Positions 38,886 through 48,846 of a DNA stretch of 64,000 nucleotides are shown one piece after another. Position 1 is the stretch's first letter. Each line of letters begins with the position of its first letter. A model generated the notes under the pieces. The model saw only the letters and a list, made by a program, of their open reading frames with translations, was not told where the DNA came from and ran no database searches. The stretch comes from an uncultured beta proteobacterium. GTDB lineage: Bacteria; Pseudomonadota; Gammaproteobacteria; Burkholderiales; SG8-39. The stretch covers positions 77,271-141,270 of the forward strand of contig CAVQUV010000020.1 of NCBI GenBank assembly GCA_963716855.1, given 5' to 3'. Position numbers and translations under genes: made by a program.

Positions 38886-39279
38886 GAACGTCAGATGTTC
38901 CTGACGAAGCGGTTTAGAACCGCACGATTCCGTGGAACGAGACGAGCCCGCCAGTGATCTGTGTTGCAGCCTTCAAGGCGCGCACCCCGTTCGAATCTTT
39001 AGAGATTACTTGAGGTTCGTTCGTTAACTTACGACTCTACTGTAGGAATTACTCGAGACGTTCGTCAAGACCTATTGCCAATCGCCTGCACTTTTGTTGC
39101 TCAAACACAACAGGTAAGCGAGCTGTTGTTAATCTGACAAGTTGTGAATATTATATAAATATTGATTATTTTATAATTAAATGATGAAGTCGCATCTTGG
39201 GTTCAATGACCCGCTTGAACTCCGAGCCGTCGGCCGCAGATGAGCGGCAGTCGCGGGCAAGCGCTCGTGGAGGGCGGGG
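38886..39279. other. Non-coding low-GC island (locally about 18 % GC at 39121-39180) with internal repeats
   Basis: No credible ORF. Imperfect 19-nt direct repeats ATTACTYGAG..TTCGT at 39005-39023 and 39048-39066. Inverted repeats built on TGTTG/CAACA at about 39094-39140. The stretch ttgtgaatattatataaatattgattattttataattaaatgatg. Confidence 0.8.
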
Positions 39280-39633
39280 ATGACCGAAGCGGTGCTGCCG
39301 GAAGCGGAAGAAAAGAAACTGCGCGACCTCGCCCTGCTCGTCTACGTGCTGCAGGCGGTCGGGTTCCTGATCGGGCTGACCTGGATCGTCGGCGTCGTCA
39401 TCAACTATCTCAAGATCGAGGACGTGCGGAACACCTGGCTCGAAACGCACTTCAACTGGCAGCTCCGCACGTTCTGGCTCGGCCTGGCCGGGATGGCCGT
39501 CGCGTGGATGCTCATGGTCGTCAAGATCGGCGTGCTGATCGGCTTCGCCGTCACGGTATGGGCGATTTATCGGGTTGCGAAGGGCTGGCTCGCGCTCAAC
39601 GACCGCAAGCCGATGTACGCCGCGCTCGTCTGA
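39280..39633 (+). CDS. Small integral membrane protein (COG3671-like), paralog 1
   Basis: 117 aa; INYLKIEDVRNTWLETHFNWQLRTFW .. YRVAKGWLALNDRKPMY shared with next ORF. Confidence 0.7.
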   Translation: MTEAVLPEAEEKKLRDLALLVYVLQAVGFLIGLTWIVGVVINYLKIEDVRNTWLETHFNWQLRTFWLGLAGMAVAWMLMVVKIGVLIGFAVTVWAIYRVAKGWLALNDRKPMYAALV

Positions 39634-39655
39634 GCACGGCGCGAGGGGAGTCGGA

Positions 39656-40060
39656 ATGACCACGCTGGATAAGCAAGGCCAAGCGGAACCGCTGCCGTCG
39701 GTCGTCACGATCGCGCACATCGTCTATGCGCTGCATGCACTCGCGATCGTAGTGGGTATCGCGGGGACCGCCACCGTCGTCGGCAGCTTCATCGGCAGCG
39801 TGCCGTCGATCGTCGCGGTGATCCTCAACTATGTGAAGCGCGGTGATGCGCGCGGCACATGGCCGGAATCGCATTACCGCTGGCAGATCCGCACATTCTG
39901 GTATGCGCTGCTCTGGTTCCTGGTCGGCTGGGCTCTGATCATCACGCTCGTCGGTGCCCTCGTCGGGGTCCCCGTGCTGATCGCGCTGACGGTCTGGCTC
40001 GTCTACCGGATCGCCCGCGGCTGGCTAAGGCTCAACGACCGAAAGCCGATGTACGTTTAG
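39656..40060 (+). CDS. Small integral membrane protein (COG3671-like), paralog 2
   Basis: ATG 39656 after GGGGAG; 134 aa; LNYVKRGDARGTWPESHYRWQIRTFW .. YRIARGWLRLNDRKPMY. Confidence 0.7.
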   Translation: MTTLDKQGQAEPLPSVVTIAHIVYALHALAIVVGIAGTATVVGSFIGSVPSIVAVILNYVKRGDARGTWPESHYRWQIRTFWYALLWFLVGWALIITLVGALVGVPVLIALTVWLVYRIARGWLRLNDRKPMYV

Positions 40061-40103
40061 ACGCGCGCGTCGCGGCCGCGCGCGTTGATTGTGCGCAGCC
40101 GTC

Positions 40104-40427
40104 TTAACGACGGCTGACGAGCAGGGCGACGATGGCGCCGACTGCAGCGCCAATCCCCGCCGCGACGCCCGCGGTTTTCCACGGGTGCTCGTGCGCGTAG
40201 GCGTCGGCCTGGCGGGCGGTTTCGCGGGCACGCGCTTCCACTGCTGACTCGATCTCGCGCAGGCGCATCCGGGCGCGCTGCAGGCTTGCCTCGACTCGCG
40301 GCCGCAGCGCCGCCACTTTCTCCTTGGACTCGGACGCGGCCGCCTGCACGATTTCTTCGGTGTCGGTTAGAACCGACCGGACGTCGGAGACAAGGCGCTC
40401 GCGCGCTACGTCGAATGTGGTTCCCAT
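40104..40427 (-). CDS. DUF883 family membrane-anchored ribosome-binding protein (ElaB/YqjD/YgaM-like)
   Basis: 107 aa; coiled N-terminus, HPWKTAGVAAGIGAAVGAIVALLVSRR C-terminal anchor. Confidence 0.8.
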   Translation of the reverse strand: MGTTFDVARERLVSDVRSVLTDTEEIVQAAASESKEKVAALRPRVEASLQRARMRLREIESAVEARARETARQADAYAHEHPWKTAGVAAGIGAAVGAIVALLVSRR

Positions 40428-40724
40428 CGCGGTTCTCCTTTGCGTACTTCTAACAACGGTAACAGGATATCTGTGCGGGCCCTAGGGAGGTTGATCGCGC
40501 GCAAGGCGGACCCGGATTCAAGCCCGTACTGCGAAAGGGCGTGATTTCCGTCCCAATCGAACGGCGGGTACCCGATGGCGCGCGAAAGTCCCAGTCTTGT
40601 GCGCCTCGCGCCTTGACCTGCCATGATCGGGGGGTACCATGGACCCCAAGGACGCCAACACAGTATGCCGCCAATCCCGGCCGTCGGGGAAAAGCCGTTG
40701 ATTCGATGGAGTGAGACCGGGCGC

Positions 40725-41429
40725 ATGAGAAGGCCAGGCCGCAGATTTTCGCCGCACGTTCGCGCGCTCGCCGCAGCGGCGGTGCTCGCCTGTGTCGCGC
40801 CGGTCGCCAATGCGAACGTCTATGCGCTGGTCGAGGAGGACGGGACCGTGCGCCTGTCGAACACGCCCGACGACCCGCGCTACAAGCTCTTTTTCCGCGA
40901 GCCTGCGGAGTACAAGCTGAAGGACGCGGCGCAAGTGCGCGGCGTGCGCAATCCGGGCGACTACCGCCTGCGGGCGGCGTGGGGCCGGGCGGATCCGAAA
41001 TCCGAGATGTTCGCGAACCCGCTGCTCGCCGACAAGCCCTACCAAGACCAGGTCGTCGAGGCGGCGAAGGAGCACAAGCTCGATCCGGCCCTCGTGCATG
41101 CGGTGATCGCGGCCGAATCGAACTACAACCCGAACGCGCGGAGCAACAAGGGCGCGGTCGGCCTGATGCAGGTCATGCCCGACACCGGGCGCCGCTACGG
41201 CGTCAAGGAGAAGGAGCTGAAGCAGCCGGAGAAGAACATCCGCGCGGGCGTGCAGTATCTCGCCGACCTGCTCGACCTGTTCGACGGCGATCTGAAGCTC
41301 GCGCTCGCGGGCTATAACGCCGGCGAGAACGCCGTGCTCCGCCACGGCCGCAAGGTTCCGCCGTTCGCGGAAACGCAGGCGTACGTGCCCCGCGTCCTGC
41401 AGTTCTACGACACGCTCCGGCTCCGCTGA
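40725..41429 (+). CDS. Lytic transglycosylase (SLT domain) with signal peptide
   Basis: ATG 40725 chosen for signal peptide ..AAAAVLACVAPVANA (ORF opens at 40623); catalytic ES motif AAESNYNP, GLMQVMP, AGYNAG. Confidence 0.8.
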   Translation: MRRPGRRFSPHVRALAAAAVLACVAPVANANVYALVEEDGTVRLSNTPDDPRYKLFFREPAEYKLKDAAQVRGVRNPGDYRLRAAWGRADPKSEMFANPLLADKPYQDQVVEAAKEHKLDPALVHAVIAAESNYNPNARSNKGAVGLMQVMPDTGRRYGVKEKELKQPEKNIRAGVQYLADLLDLFDGDLKLALAGYNAGENAVLRHGRKVPPFAETQAYVPRVLQFYDTLRLR

Positions 41430-41460
41430 GCCGGGGGCTAACGCCCCGATTCGCCCGGGG

Positions 41461-42912
41461 CTACCGCCCCGACTCGTAAACCCAGCGCAGTACCGCATCC
41501 TGGGCCGCCTGTCCGGCGCCGGCGTTCGCGTGGTTCGCGATGAACACCACGACCTGCCGCCGGCCGTTGCGGTCGAGCACGTAGCCCGCAATCGAGCGCA
41601 CGTCGAAGAGCGACCCGGTCTTGATGTGCGCCTGACCCGCGACGCTCTCGAACTTCATGCGCCTGCGCAGCGTCCCGTCGTAGGCGACGAGCGGCATCGA
41701 GGCGATGAACTCCGGCATCACGCTCGAGCGATACGCGGCGAGCAGCAGCCGGCCGAGGCTGCCCGCGCTGATGCGCTCGGTGCGCGACAGCCCCGAGCCG
41801 TTGTCGATGATGAGCTCCGGCATGTCAAGCCCGCGCGCCGCGAGCCAGGACTGCACCGCGCGCGTCGAGCGGTCGTAGCGGCCCGGCAGCTTGAGCGTCT
41901 CGGCCGAGATCGTCAGGAAGACCTGGCGCGCCATGACGTTGTTGCTGAACTTGTTCATGTCGCGCACGACTTCGGCGGCGCTCGGGGACTCGTAGGTCGC
42001 GAACGGCCGCGCTCCCTCCGGCGCGACGCCGTCGCGCGCGCGGCCGCGCAGCGTGCCGCCCATCTCCTCCCACAGCTGGCGGAACACGCCGTGCACGTAG
42101 TCGCGGTGCGTGAGCAGCGCGAGGTTCCAGTAGCGCTCGCCGCAGCTCGCCGGCATCGTCCCGGAGAAGCTCACCTTCGCGCCGCCACCGACCTGCTGCA
42201 GGTCGAACTTGAGGGCCGCGCGCCAGTCGCCGCAGGCGCCCTCGCCGGCGCGCACGCCGTTGGCGACCTCGAGTTGCGCGAGGCGCGGCTCGGGGACGAT
42301 CGTCACCGTCTTCGCGGCGGCATCCGGCACGAACTGGAAGCGCACCGCCTTGTAGTTCACCAGCAGCGCGTCGGCGCCGACGTTGTACGGGCGCAGCGGC
42401 TCGCCGTCGAAGCGCGCCGCGTCGTGCTCGTTCACCTCGAAGTACGAGCGATCGAGGACGAGATCGCCGCGGATCTCGCGCAGGCCGCGTGCGCGCAGGG
42501 CGCGCAGCAGCAGCCAGAAGTGCTCGATGGTGAGCCGCGGGTCGCCGTACCCCTTGAGGACCAGGTCGCCGTCGAGCACGTCTCCGGCGAGCGGGCCGGC
42601 GAGGTAGGCCTCGGTCTTCCAGGTGTAACTCGGCCCGAGCAGCTCGAGCGCCGCGAACGTCGTGACGAGCTTCATCACCGACGCGGGATTGAGCGGCTGG
42701 CCGGCGTTGAACGAGAGCGCGGGCTTGCTGGCGTCGACGTCCTGCACGAACAGCGCCACCGCCGATTGCGGAATGCCGGCGCGCGCGAGCGCGGACGCGA
42801 TGGGTGGCGGCAGGACTTCCGCGGCGCCGACTGGCGCCGTCAGGGCCGCGACGGCCGCGACGGTGAGGGCGAGCTGCGCGCAGCGGCGCGCGCACCGAGC
42901 GATGCGAAGCAC
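41461..42912 (-). CDS. dacB: D-alanyl-D-alanine carboxypeptidase/endopeptidase (PBP4 family)
   Basis: 483 aa from GTG 42912; SVMK (SxxK), SNN, KTG motifs. Confidence 0.9.
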   Translation of the reverse strand: MLRIARCARRCAQLALTVAAVAALTAPVGAAEVLPPPIASALARAGIPQSAVALFVQDVDASKPALSFNAGQPLNPASVMKLVTTFAALELLGPSYTWKTEAYLAGPLAGDVLDGDLVLKGYGDPRLTIEHFWLLLRALRARGLREIRGDLVLDRSYFEVNEHDAARFDGEPLRPYNVGADALLVNYKAVRFQFVPDAAAKTVTIVPEPRLAQLEVANGVRAGEGACGDWRAALKFDLQQVGGGAKVSFSGTMPASCGERYWNLALLTHRDYVHGVFRQLWEEMGGTLRGRARDGVAPEGARPFATYESPSAAEVVRDMNKFSNNVMARQVFLTISAETLKLPGRYDRSTRAVQSWLAARGLDMPELIIDNGSGLSRTERISAGSLGRLLLAAYRSSVMPEFIASMPLVAYDGTLRRRMKFESVAGQAHIKTGSLFDVRSIAGYVLDRNGRRQVVVFIANHANAGAGQAAQDAVLRWVYESGR

Positions 42913-42940
42913 GCCGGCGAGTATGCCACGCGGCGCACCC

Positions 42941-43916
42941 TCAGCCGAACCCGCGGCGCGGGTTGAAGCGCGAGGAGCGGGAAAGCTGCAGGTAGAGCTG
43001 GCGCTCGAGGTCGGTCGGCACGTCGGGCGTCACGACGCGCAGGCACGCGAGGAGATCGCCGCGTGTGCCGTCGGGCTTGGGCAACCCGCGTCCTTTGAGG
43101 CGGAAGGTCTGGCCCGAGGTGGAACCGGCGGGTACGTGCACCCGGAACGGCTTCTCCAGGGTCGGAATCTCCAGGACTGCGCCGAGCACGGCTTCCCACG
43201 GCGCGATGGGCAGGTAGAACCAGAGGTCGTGCTCGTGAATGCGCCGGAACAGCCGATGCGGACGATAGGCAAGCTCCACCAGGAGATCGCCGGCGGCGCC
43301 GCCTTTCGCCCCGGACCCGCCCACGCCCTTGAGGCGCAGACGCTGACCCTCGATCGCGCCCCTCGGCACGCGCACTTCGACGGCCCGCTCGACTGCGCGC
43401 TTGCCGCTGCCGTTGCGCTCGGGCACCGCGAACGTCAATAGGACGTTGCCGCCGCGAACCGCCTCCTCGAATGTAATCTCCGCGGCAACCCCGTGGTCGT
43501 CGCCGGGCACGGAGGCGCCTCCGTTGCCCGCATCTCCGGCGCGATCGTGAGCGAACCGCTTGAACAGCCCGCGCATCCTCGCGTGCGGGGCATCGGCGGG
43601 TTCGGCGAGCGTCGGCATCGGCGCGCGGCACACCCGTGGCCGGCGCCACGAACTCGCGCATCGACGGGACGCCGTTGATCTCCTGCTCGGAGAGCTCCAG
43701 TGCGCGCTCCATCTCCTCCAGCTCGTAGCGGACCCGCTGGTCGGGGTCCCGCAGGATCTGGTAGGCGCGCGTGATCTCCTTGAAGCGCTCCTCGGCGCCG
43801 GCGCCGTCGGAGACGTCGGGATGCAGGCGCTGCGCGAGGCGGCGGTACGCGGCTTTGATCTCGTCCGCAGTAGCCGTGCGCTGGACGCCGAGGAGTGCGT
43901 AGTAATCGGTTCGCAT
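42941..43916 (-). pseudogene. J-domain protein with DnaJ/CbpA-type C-terminal domains, frame broken near 43600-43680
   Basis: The J domain [14 protein letters not shown].. runs from ATG 43916 in one frame. The C-terminal part ..[60 protein letters not shown] is in the frame displaced by one extra base and ends at 42941. Confidence 0.75.
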
Positions 43917-44130
43917 ACTGTCGGGCCCCGGCGACTCGCCGCGGGCAACACACAATGTTCGTCGCCGAACCGGCCCCGGGCAAGCGACGATTTGTGCGGT
44001 TTGTCACACCGGGAACATCCTGTCACTGGCCGGCAACGGGCGGGCGCCCGGACAGGGGGGCAGGTCCGAGGCCGTACAATCGGCTCCCGACCGACCAAGA
44101 AACGCTCGCCCCGCCGGGCCGAGGCGCACG

Positions 44131-45387
44131 ATGACCCTCAAGCTGCCGCGACCCGCGCTCCTCATTCCGATCGTGCTGGTGGTTGCGGCCGGGGCGTTTT
44201 TCGGCGCTCGGGCCCTGCTCGGCGCCAAGGTCCGAGCGGTGGAGGTGGCGAGGGGCGACCTTGTCCAGACTGTGGTCTCGACCGGCCGGGTGATCACGCC
44301 GGTGCGGGTGGAGATCGGAAGCGTCGTCCTCGGCACCGTACGGACGGTCGAGACCAAGGAAGGCACCGTGGTGAAGGCCGGCCAGGTCATGGCACGCCTC
44401 AAAGACGAGGAGCAGCGCGCCGCCGTCGAGCAGGCGCGCGGAGCGGTTGCCGAAGCCGAGGCCCGGCTCACCCAACTCGCCCGCCTTTCCGCGCCGGCGT
44501 CGGAGCAGGCGCTCAAGCAGGCCGACGCGAACCTCGAGTTCGCCGACGAGGAATACAAGCGCGTGAAGAGCCTCTTCGACAAGGGCTACTTCAGCCAGGC
44601 GAAGCTCGACGAGGCGGAGCGCAATCTCGGTGTGGCGAAAGCCGCGCGGGAGAACGCCCTGCTTCAAGCCACCTCCAACAGTCCGAAGGGCAGCGACTAC
44701 GCGCTTGCGATTGCGCGCCGCGATCAGGCGCGGGCGGCGCTCGAGGTGGCGCAGGCGCGGCTCGACAACACCGTGATCAAGGCGCCGGCGCCGGGGACGG
44801 TGCTGAAGCGGCTGATGGAGCCGGGTGACATCGTGCAGCAGGGCAAGAAGCTCTTCGAGCTCTCGGTCACCGGCGAGACCCAGGTGGTGCTGAACGTCGA
44901 CGAGAAAAACATCGGCCTGCTCGCGCTCGGACAGAAGGCGCAGATCGCCGCCGACGCATACCCCGGCCGCAGCTTCGGCGCCGAGGTCTTCTACATCGCG
45001 CCCGGCATCGACGCGCAGCGCGGCACCGTCGAAGTCAAGCTGCGCGTGCCCGAGCCGCCCGACTTCGCGCGTCCGGATATGACGGTGTCGGCGGAGATCC
45101 TCGCCGCGAAGCGCACCAGCACGCTGACGCTCGACAGCGACGCGATTCGCGACGCCGCGGGACCGGCACCCTGGGTGCTGGTGATCCGCGACCGGCGCGC
45201 CATCCGTCAGCCGCTCAAGCTCGGGATCCGGGGCGCGGGGCACACCGAGATCCTCGACGGGCTCGCCGCGGGCGAGGCGGTCGTGCTGCCGTCGGAGGCG
45301 GCGGTGCGCGAGGGGCAGCGCGCACGCGCCGACACGGTTCAAGCGACGAAGAAGCCGGTCGTGCGCGGCCCGGATATCTTCAAGTAG
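44131..45387 (+). CDS. Efflux transporter periplasmic adaptor subunit (HlyD/MacA family)
   Basis: 418 aa; N-terminal TM, coiled-coil hairpin, beta-barrel regions typical of membrane fusion proteins. Confidence 0.85.
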   Translation: MTLKLPRPALLIPIVLVVAAGAFFGARALLGAKVRAVEVARGDLVQTVVSTGRVITPVRVEIGSVVLGTVRTVETKEGTVVKAGQVMARLKDEEQRAAVEQARGAVAEAEARLTQLARLSAPASEQALKQADANLEFADEEYKRVKSLFDKGYFSQAKLDEAERNLGVAKAARENALLQATSNSPKGSDYALAIARRDQARAALEVAQARLDNTVIKAPAPGTVLKRLMEPGDIVQQGKKLFELSVTGETQVVLNVDEKNIGLLALGQKAQIAADAYPGRSFGAEVFYIAPGIDAQRGTVEVKLRVPEPPDFARPDMTVSAEILAAKRTSTLTLDSDAIRDAAGPAPWVLVIRDRRAIRQPLKLGIRGAGHTEILDGLAAGEAVVLPSEAAVREGQRARADTVQATKKPVVRGPDIFK

Positions 45388-45394
45388 CCGCCGC

Positions 45395-46608
45395 ATGCCG
45401 TTCGAGCTGATCGTGGCCCTGCGGTTCCTGCGCGAAGGCCGCATGCAGACCGCGCTCATCCTGGGCGGCGTGGCGATCGGCGTCGCGGTGGTGGTGTTCA
45501 TCACCGGGCTCGTCCAGGGCCTGCAGGCGAGCCTCGTCGAGCGCACGCTCGGCAGCCAGGCGCACATCGTCATCCGTCCGCCGGAGGAGAAGACGCAGCC
45601 GGTCGTGGACCGCAATACTTCGGACGTGGCGGCGCGCATCGAGGCGCGGCCGCAGCGGCTGCGCTCGATCGATCAGTGGGAATCGCTCCTGCCGGCAGTG
45701 GTGCGCACGCCGGGGGTCGTCGCCGCTTCCCCGATGGCGACGGGCGCGGCATTCGCGCAGCGCGGCACGGCGTCCAAGGCGGTCGCCTTGCGCGGAGTCG
45801 ATCCCGAGCGCTACCGGCGGATCGTGCGCATCAACGAGGACATCGTGGCGGGCGAATTCCGGCTGTCGGGGACCGACGGCGTGATCGGCATCGAGCTCGC
45901 GAAGGACCTCGGCGTCACCGTGGGAGACCGGATCCGGCTCGGCACTCCGGAGGGTCGCGAGGAGGTGATCACCATCGCGGGCATCTTCGACATCGGCAAC
46001 AAGGACCTCAACCAGCGCTGGGTGTTCGTGACGCTGAAGCTCGCGCAGACGCTCCTCGATCTCCCGGGCGGGGTTTCCGCGATCGAGCTGACGGTGCGCG
46101 AGATCTTCGGTGCCGAGGCGGTCGCCGCGCGCATCGAGCGCGAGACCGGACTCCTGGCGGAGAGCTGGATGAAGACCAACGCGCAGCTGCTCGCGGCGAT
46201 GCGCAACCAGAACATCAGCACCGGGACCATCCGGTTGTTCGTGACGCTGGTGGTCGCGCTCGGCATCGCGAGCGTGCTGGTCGTATGGGTGGTGCAGAAG
46301 CAGAAGGAGATCGGCATCCTGCGCGCGATGGGCGCGAGCCGGCTCCGCATCATGACCGTGTTCCTGCTCCAGGGCGGCATGGTCGCGCTGGGCGGCTCGA
46401 TGGTCGGGTCGCTCATCGCCGCCGGGCTGGTGCGGATCTTCGCGCGGGTCTTCGTCAACGCCGACGGCACGCCGATGTTCGTGCCGGAGGTCGGCGCAAC
46501 CCTCGTGCTCACCACCTGGGCCGTCGCGCTCTTCACCGGTCTCGCCGCCGCCGCCCTGCCGGCGCGCCGCGCGGCGCAGCTCGACCCGGTCGCCGCGATC
46601 CGGCTCGG

Positions 46609-46612
<4 letters not shown>
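45395..46612 (+). CDS. ABC transporter permease (FtsX/MacB/LolCE-type)
   Basis: 405 aa; MacB-like periplasmic domain between TM1 and TM2, FtsX domain at C-terminus. Confidence 0.85.
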
Positions 46613-47346
<734 letters not shown>

Positions 47347-47352
47347 ACGGGG

Positions 47353-47664
47353 TTACGCAGGACCGAGCAGCTGGCACTCGAGCTCGCGCAAGCGCTGCTC
47401 GAGCGCGTCGATGCGCTCCAGGTACGCGAGCGCGAGCGCCATCCCCGACGCATTGAGCTCGAAGTCGTCGCGCAGCCGCGCGGCGCGGCGCGCGCGCACG
47501 AGCGACCGCGTCGAGAATGACCCAGACGCGCCAGCCGCCTCGAGTACACCGAATTCGACCAGCTCGGCGAGCTCGTCCGGGGCGAGGCCCGCAGCGGCGA
47601 GAAACTCGTCGATCGCAATCGTGCGCTCGTCGTCGAGGAGCAGAAGTAGCGTTTCCACAGTCAT
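47353..47664 (-). CDS. cbpM: Chaperone modulatory protein CbpM (MerR-like)
   Basis: 103 aa from ATG 47664, 20 nt downstream of cbpA stop; sequence and position typical of CbpM. Confidence 0.75.
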   Translation of the reverse strand: MTVETLLLLLDDERTIAIDEFLAAAGLAPDELAELVEFGVLEAAGASGSFSTRSLVRARRAARLRDDFELNASGMALALAYLERIDALEQRLRELECQLLGPA

Positions 47665-47683
47665 GGCCGTTCTCGCTGCCCGG

Positions 47684-48640
47684 TCAGCCGAGGTGCCCAC
47701 GCGGGTTGAACCCGGAGATGCGGCCAAGCTCCTCGTAGAGCTGCTTTTCGCGCTCCGACAGCACCGACGGCGTCACGATCTGCAGCACGCAGTAGAGATC
47801 GCCGTGGCCTTCCTTGGGCCTCGGCAGTCCCTTGCCCGCGAGCCGGAGCTTCTGCCCCGGGCGCGACCCGGGCCGCACTGACACCTTCACGCGTCCGTCG
47901 AGCGTGGGCACTTCGACGTCGCCGCCGAGCACCGCTTCCCAGGGCGTGACCGGCAGCTCGAGGTACAGATCGTGGCCGGACACCTTGTAGAGCGGATGCG
48001 GGTGCAGCGCGATGTTCAGGTAGAGGTCGCCCGCCGGCCCACCCCCCGCTCCCGGCCCGCCCTTGCCCGGCACGCGCAGCCGCTGGCCGTCGGTCGCGCC
48101 CTTCGGCACGCGCACCCGCACGGTCTTCGGCACGCGACGGACCGCGCCGTCGGGCGTCATCTCGGGCGCCGAGACGTCGAGCGATACCTCCGTGCCGCGA
48201 TACAGCTCCTCGAGCGCGAGATGCGCGGTGACTTCGTAGTCCTGACCGCGCATCGCGAAACCGCCTGCGCCCGGACCGCCGCGCCGACCGCGCGCGCCCC
48301 GCCCCTGGAACGGGCCCCCGCCGAAGTGCTCGAAGAGATCGGCGAGATCGAAGTCGTCGAAATTGCCCTGCTCGAAGCGGAACTGCCGCTCCCACCCCGG
48401 CGGCGGGCGAATGTCCTCGCCGGGCTGGTACCGGCCGAGCTGGTCGTAGGCCGCGCGCTTCTCCGGGTCCTTCAGCGTTTCGTACGCCTCCTGGACCTCC
48501 TTGAACTTCTCCTCGGCGTCCTTCTCCTTCGAGACGTCGGGGTGGTACTTGCGCGCGAGCTTGCGGTACGACTTCTTGATGTCGTCCGCGGAGGCGTCGC
48601 GCGCGACGCCGAGGGTCGCGTAGTAGTCCTTGTACTTCAC
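47684..48640 (-). CDS. cbpA: Curved-DNA-binding protein / DnaJ-class co-chaperone CbpA
   Basis: GTG 48640 gives (M)[11 protein letters not shown]..; HPD motif, G/F-like linker, two DnaJ C-terminal domains; alt TTG 48676. Confidence 0.85.
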   Translation of the reverse strand: MKYKDYYATLGVARDASADDIKKSYRKLARKYHPDVSKEKDAEEKFKEVQEAYETLKDPEKRAAYDQLGRYQPGEDIRPPPGWERQFRFEQGNFDDFDLADLFEHFGGGPFQGRGARGRRGGPGAGGFAMRGQDYEVTAHLALEELYRGTEVSLDVSAPEMTPDGAVRRVPKTVRVRVPKGATDGQRLRVPGKGGPGAGGGPAGDLYLNIALHPHPLYKVSGHDLYLELPVTPWEAVLGGDVEVPTLDGRVKVSVRPGSRPGQKLRLAGKGLPRPKEGHGDLYCVLQIVTPSVLSEREKQLYEELGRISGFNPRGHLG

Positions 48641-48772
48641 GGTCGGGTCCCGTCCGGCCGCGCCGGCGGCCGCCAAAACCCAACATTGGGGCGCCGCAAT
48701 CGGCCGTCAAGCCGCGTGATCAACTGTTCTTCTCCAGCGATAGAAATTTGCGTCCGGCCGGCGCCCCCCATT

Positions 48773-48788
48773 GTTGACCCCGGTCAAC
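48773..48788. promoter_or_regulatory. 16-bp perfect palindrome GTTGACC-CC-GGTCAAC upstream of sqr (candidate operator and/or -35)
   Basis: Read directly; 59 nt upstream of ATG 48847 in the cbpA/sqr divergent region. Confidence 0.35.
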
Positions 48789-48846
48789 CAGGCCGGAGGC
48801 CAACCGCCGACGATGGGGGCTCACGGTCTGCCCAGGAGGCGCGGAT

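Noticed and set aside
38960-39000. tRNA-like GTTCGAATC motif (also at 17289-17298), suggesting a tRNA or tmRNA fragment
   Set aside because: The flanks cannot form a T-stem, acceptor stem or anticodon arm. It is an isolated motif only.
39181-39243. 20-codon upstream ORF (MMKSHLGFNDPLELRAVGRR) at the edge of the AT-rich island
   Set aside because: No Shine-Dalgarno sequence and no recognisable leader-peptide logic. It is likely a chance ORF.
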